From an uncultured Gammaproteobacteria bacterium (GTDB taxonomy: Bacteria; Patescibacteriota; Microgenomatia; Daviesbacterales; UBA10151), in NCBI GenBank assembly GCA_964360965.1, contig CAYHYM010000003.1, forward strand, positions 29 to 64,028: a DNA stretch of 64,000 nt, read 5' to 3'. The notes under the pieces are model-generated. The model did not search any database and was not told the origin of the DNA. It saw only the letters and a list, made by a program, of their open reading frames with translations. Positions 63,702 through 64,000 of this stretch are shown here, piece by piece. Both the position numbers and the translations under genes were made by a program. Numbering within the stretch: the stretch's first letter is position 1; each line of letters starts with the position of its first letter.

Positions 63702-64000
63702 CTATCCTTCTGCAATTGTACCAGTATCTTCTTGATTATCTTCTTTGCCAACTACCAACTCTTTTCCTTCCTTTTGCTTTCCCCAAGCTTCTATAATTTC
63801 TTTTCCCAGTTTTTCAGCTTCTTTTTTATTGGTTTTTAGCCAAACAATAACTGCCTCTCTTCCCTGACCAAGTACCGCCTCATTCCACTTAATAAATGCC
63901 CCGGCTTTAACCAGTATCCCCAGTTCCACCCCCACATCAATTAGCTCTCCTTCATGCGAGATACCTTCCTCATACATATCAAACTCGGCAATTCTAAAAG
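63702..64000 (-). CDS. recA: Recombinase RecA, C-terminal part (gene continues beyond window end)
   Basis: ...GELIDVGVELGILVKAGAFIKWNEAVLGQGREAVIVWLKTNKKEAEKLGKEII is the RecA C-terminal domain. The ORF stays open to the window edge. Confidence 0.85.
   Translation of the reverse strand, partial: FRIAEFDMYEEGISHEGELIDVGVELGILVKAGAFIKWNEAVLGQGREAVIVWLKTNKKEAEKLGKEIIEAWGKQKEGKELVVGKEDNQEDTGTIAEG

Noticed and set aside
1-64000. CRISPR array
   Set aside because: The recurring palindromes are irregularly spaced, belong to different sequence families, and mostly lie inside genes. No regularly spaced direct-repeat/spacer array and no cas genes are present.

Overview
This is an AT-rich, compact, gene-dense bacterial chromosomal segment of about 37% GC by eye. 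No rRNA genes or CRISPR arrays are present. The gene content suggests a small-genome organism, possibly Patescibacteria/CPR-like; this is inference from split transketolase, archaeal-type AspRS, class II RNR with NrdR, GT-C glycosyltransferases and many secreted or anchored hypotheticals. Most genes lie on the minus strand.

Recognisable modules, in order:
- hppA (5' partial), lon and cobO.
- An IS200-like Y1 transposase flanked by hairpin repeats.
- An archaemetzincin, then nrdJ-nrdR with candidate NrdR boxes.
- A large secreted lipase-like protein.
- Peptidoglycan remodelling genes: two S11 D-Ala-D-Ala carboxypeptidases and an L,D-transpeptidase.
- A SERCA-like P-type ATPase followed by a 44-aa TRASH-like Cys-rich mini-ORF, then trxB.
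- A sugar kinase/aldolase/dehydrogenase trio.
- A complete copper operon (csoR-cupredoxin-copA-membrane cupredoxin-copZ) with a CsoR operator inside its promoter spacer.
- A pentose-phosphate block: split tkt, rpe, rpiB, LOG and BtpA-like.
- tRNA-Gln with no encoded CCA, gltX, archaeal-type aspS, recJ and cca.
- secD and secF separated by two inserted genes.
- DUF3048, a C39-like peptidase, comM and rnpB (RNase P RNA).
- miaA, three GT-C glycosyltransferases plus an ABC-2 exporter, hup, rny, recX and recA (3' partial).

The most unusual signal is a menagerie of short GC-rich palindromic modules of 25-60 bp, in at least five sequence families. They recur both in intergenic 5' regions and as in-frame insertions inside unrelated housekeeping CDSs: P-type ATPase, trxB (twice), copA, aspS, gltX, miaA, cca, an aldolase, DUF3048 and the lipase-like protein. 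This is analogous to Rickettsia palindromic elements.

Other notable items:
- A GIY-YIG nuclease cassette bounded by hairpin inverted repeats is inserted between the two transketolase halves.
- A leaderless small TM peptide with a terminator sits upstream of another ORF.
- A duplicated copy of the rnpB P3 hairpin lies elsewhere in the window.
- A probable frameshift or non-ATG start occurs in a PaaK-like gene.
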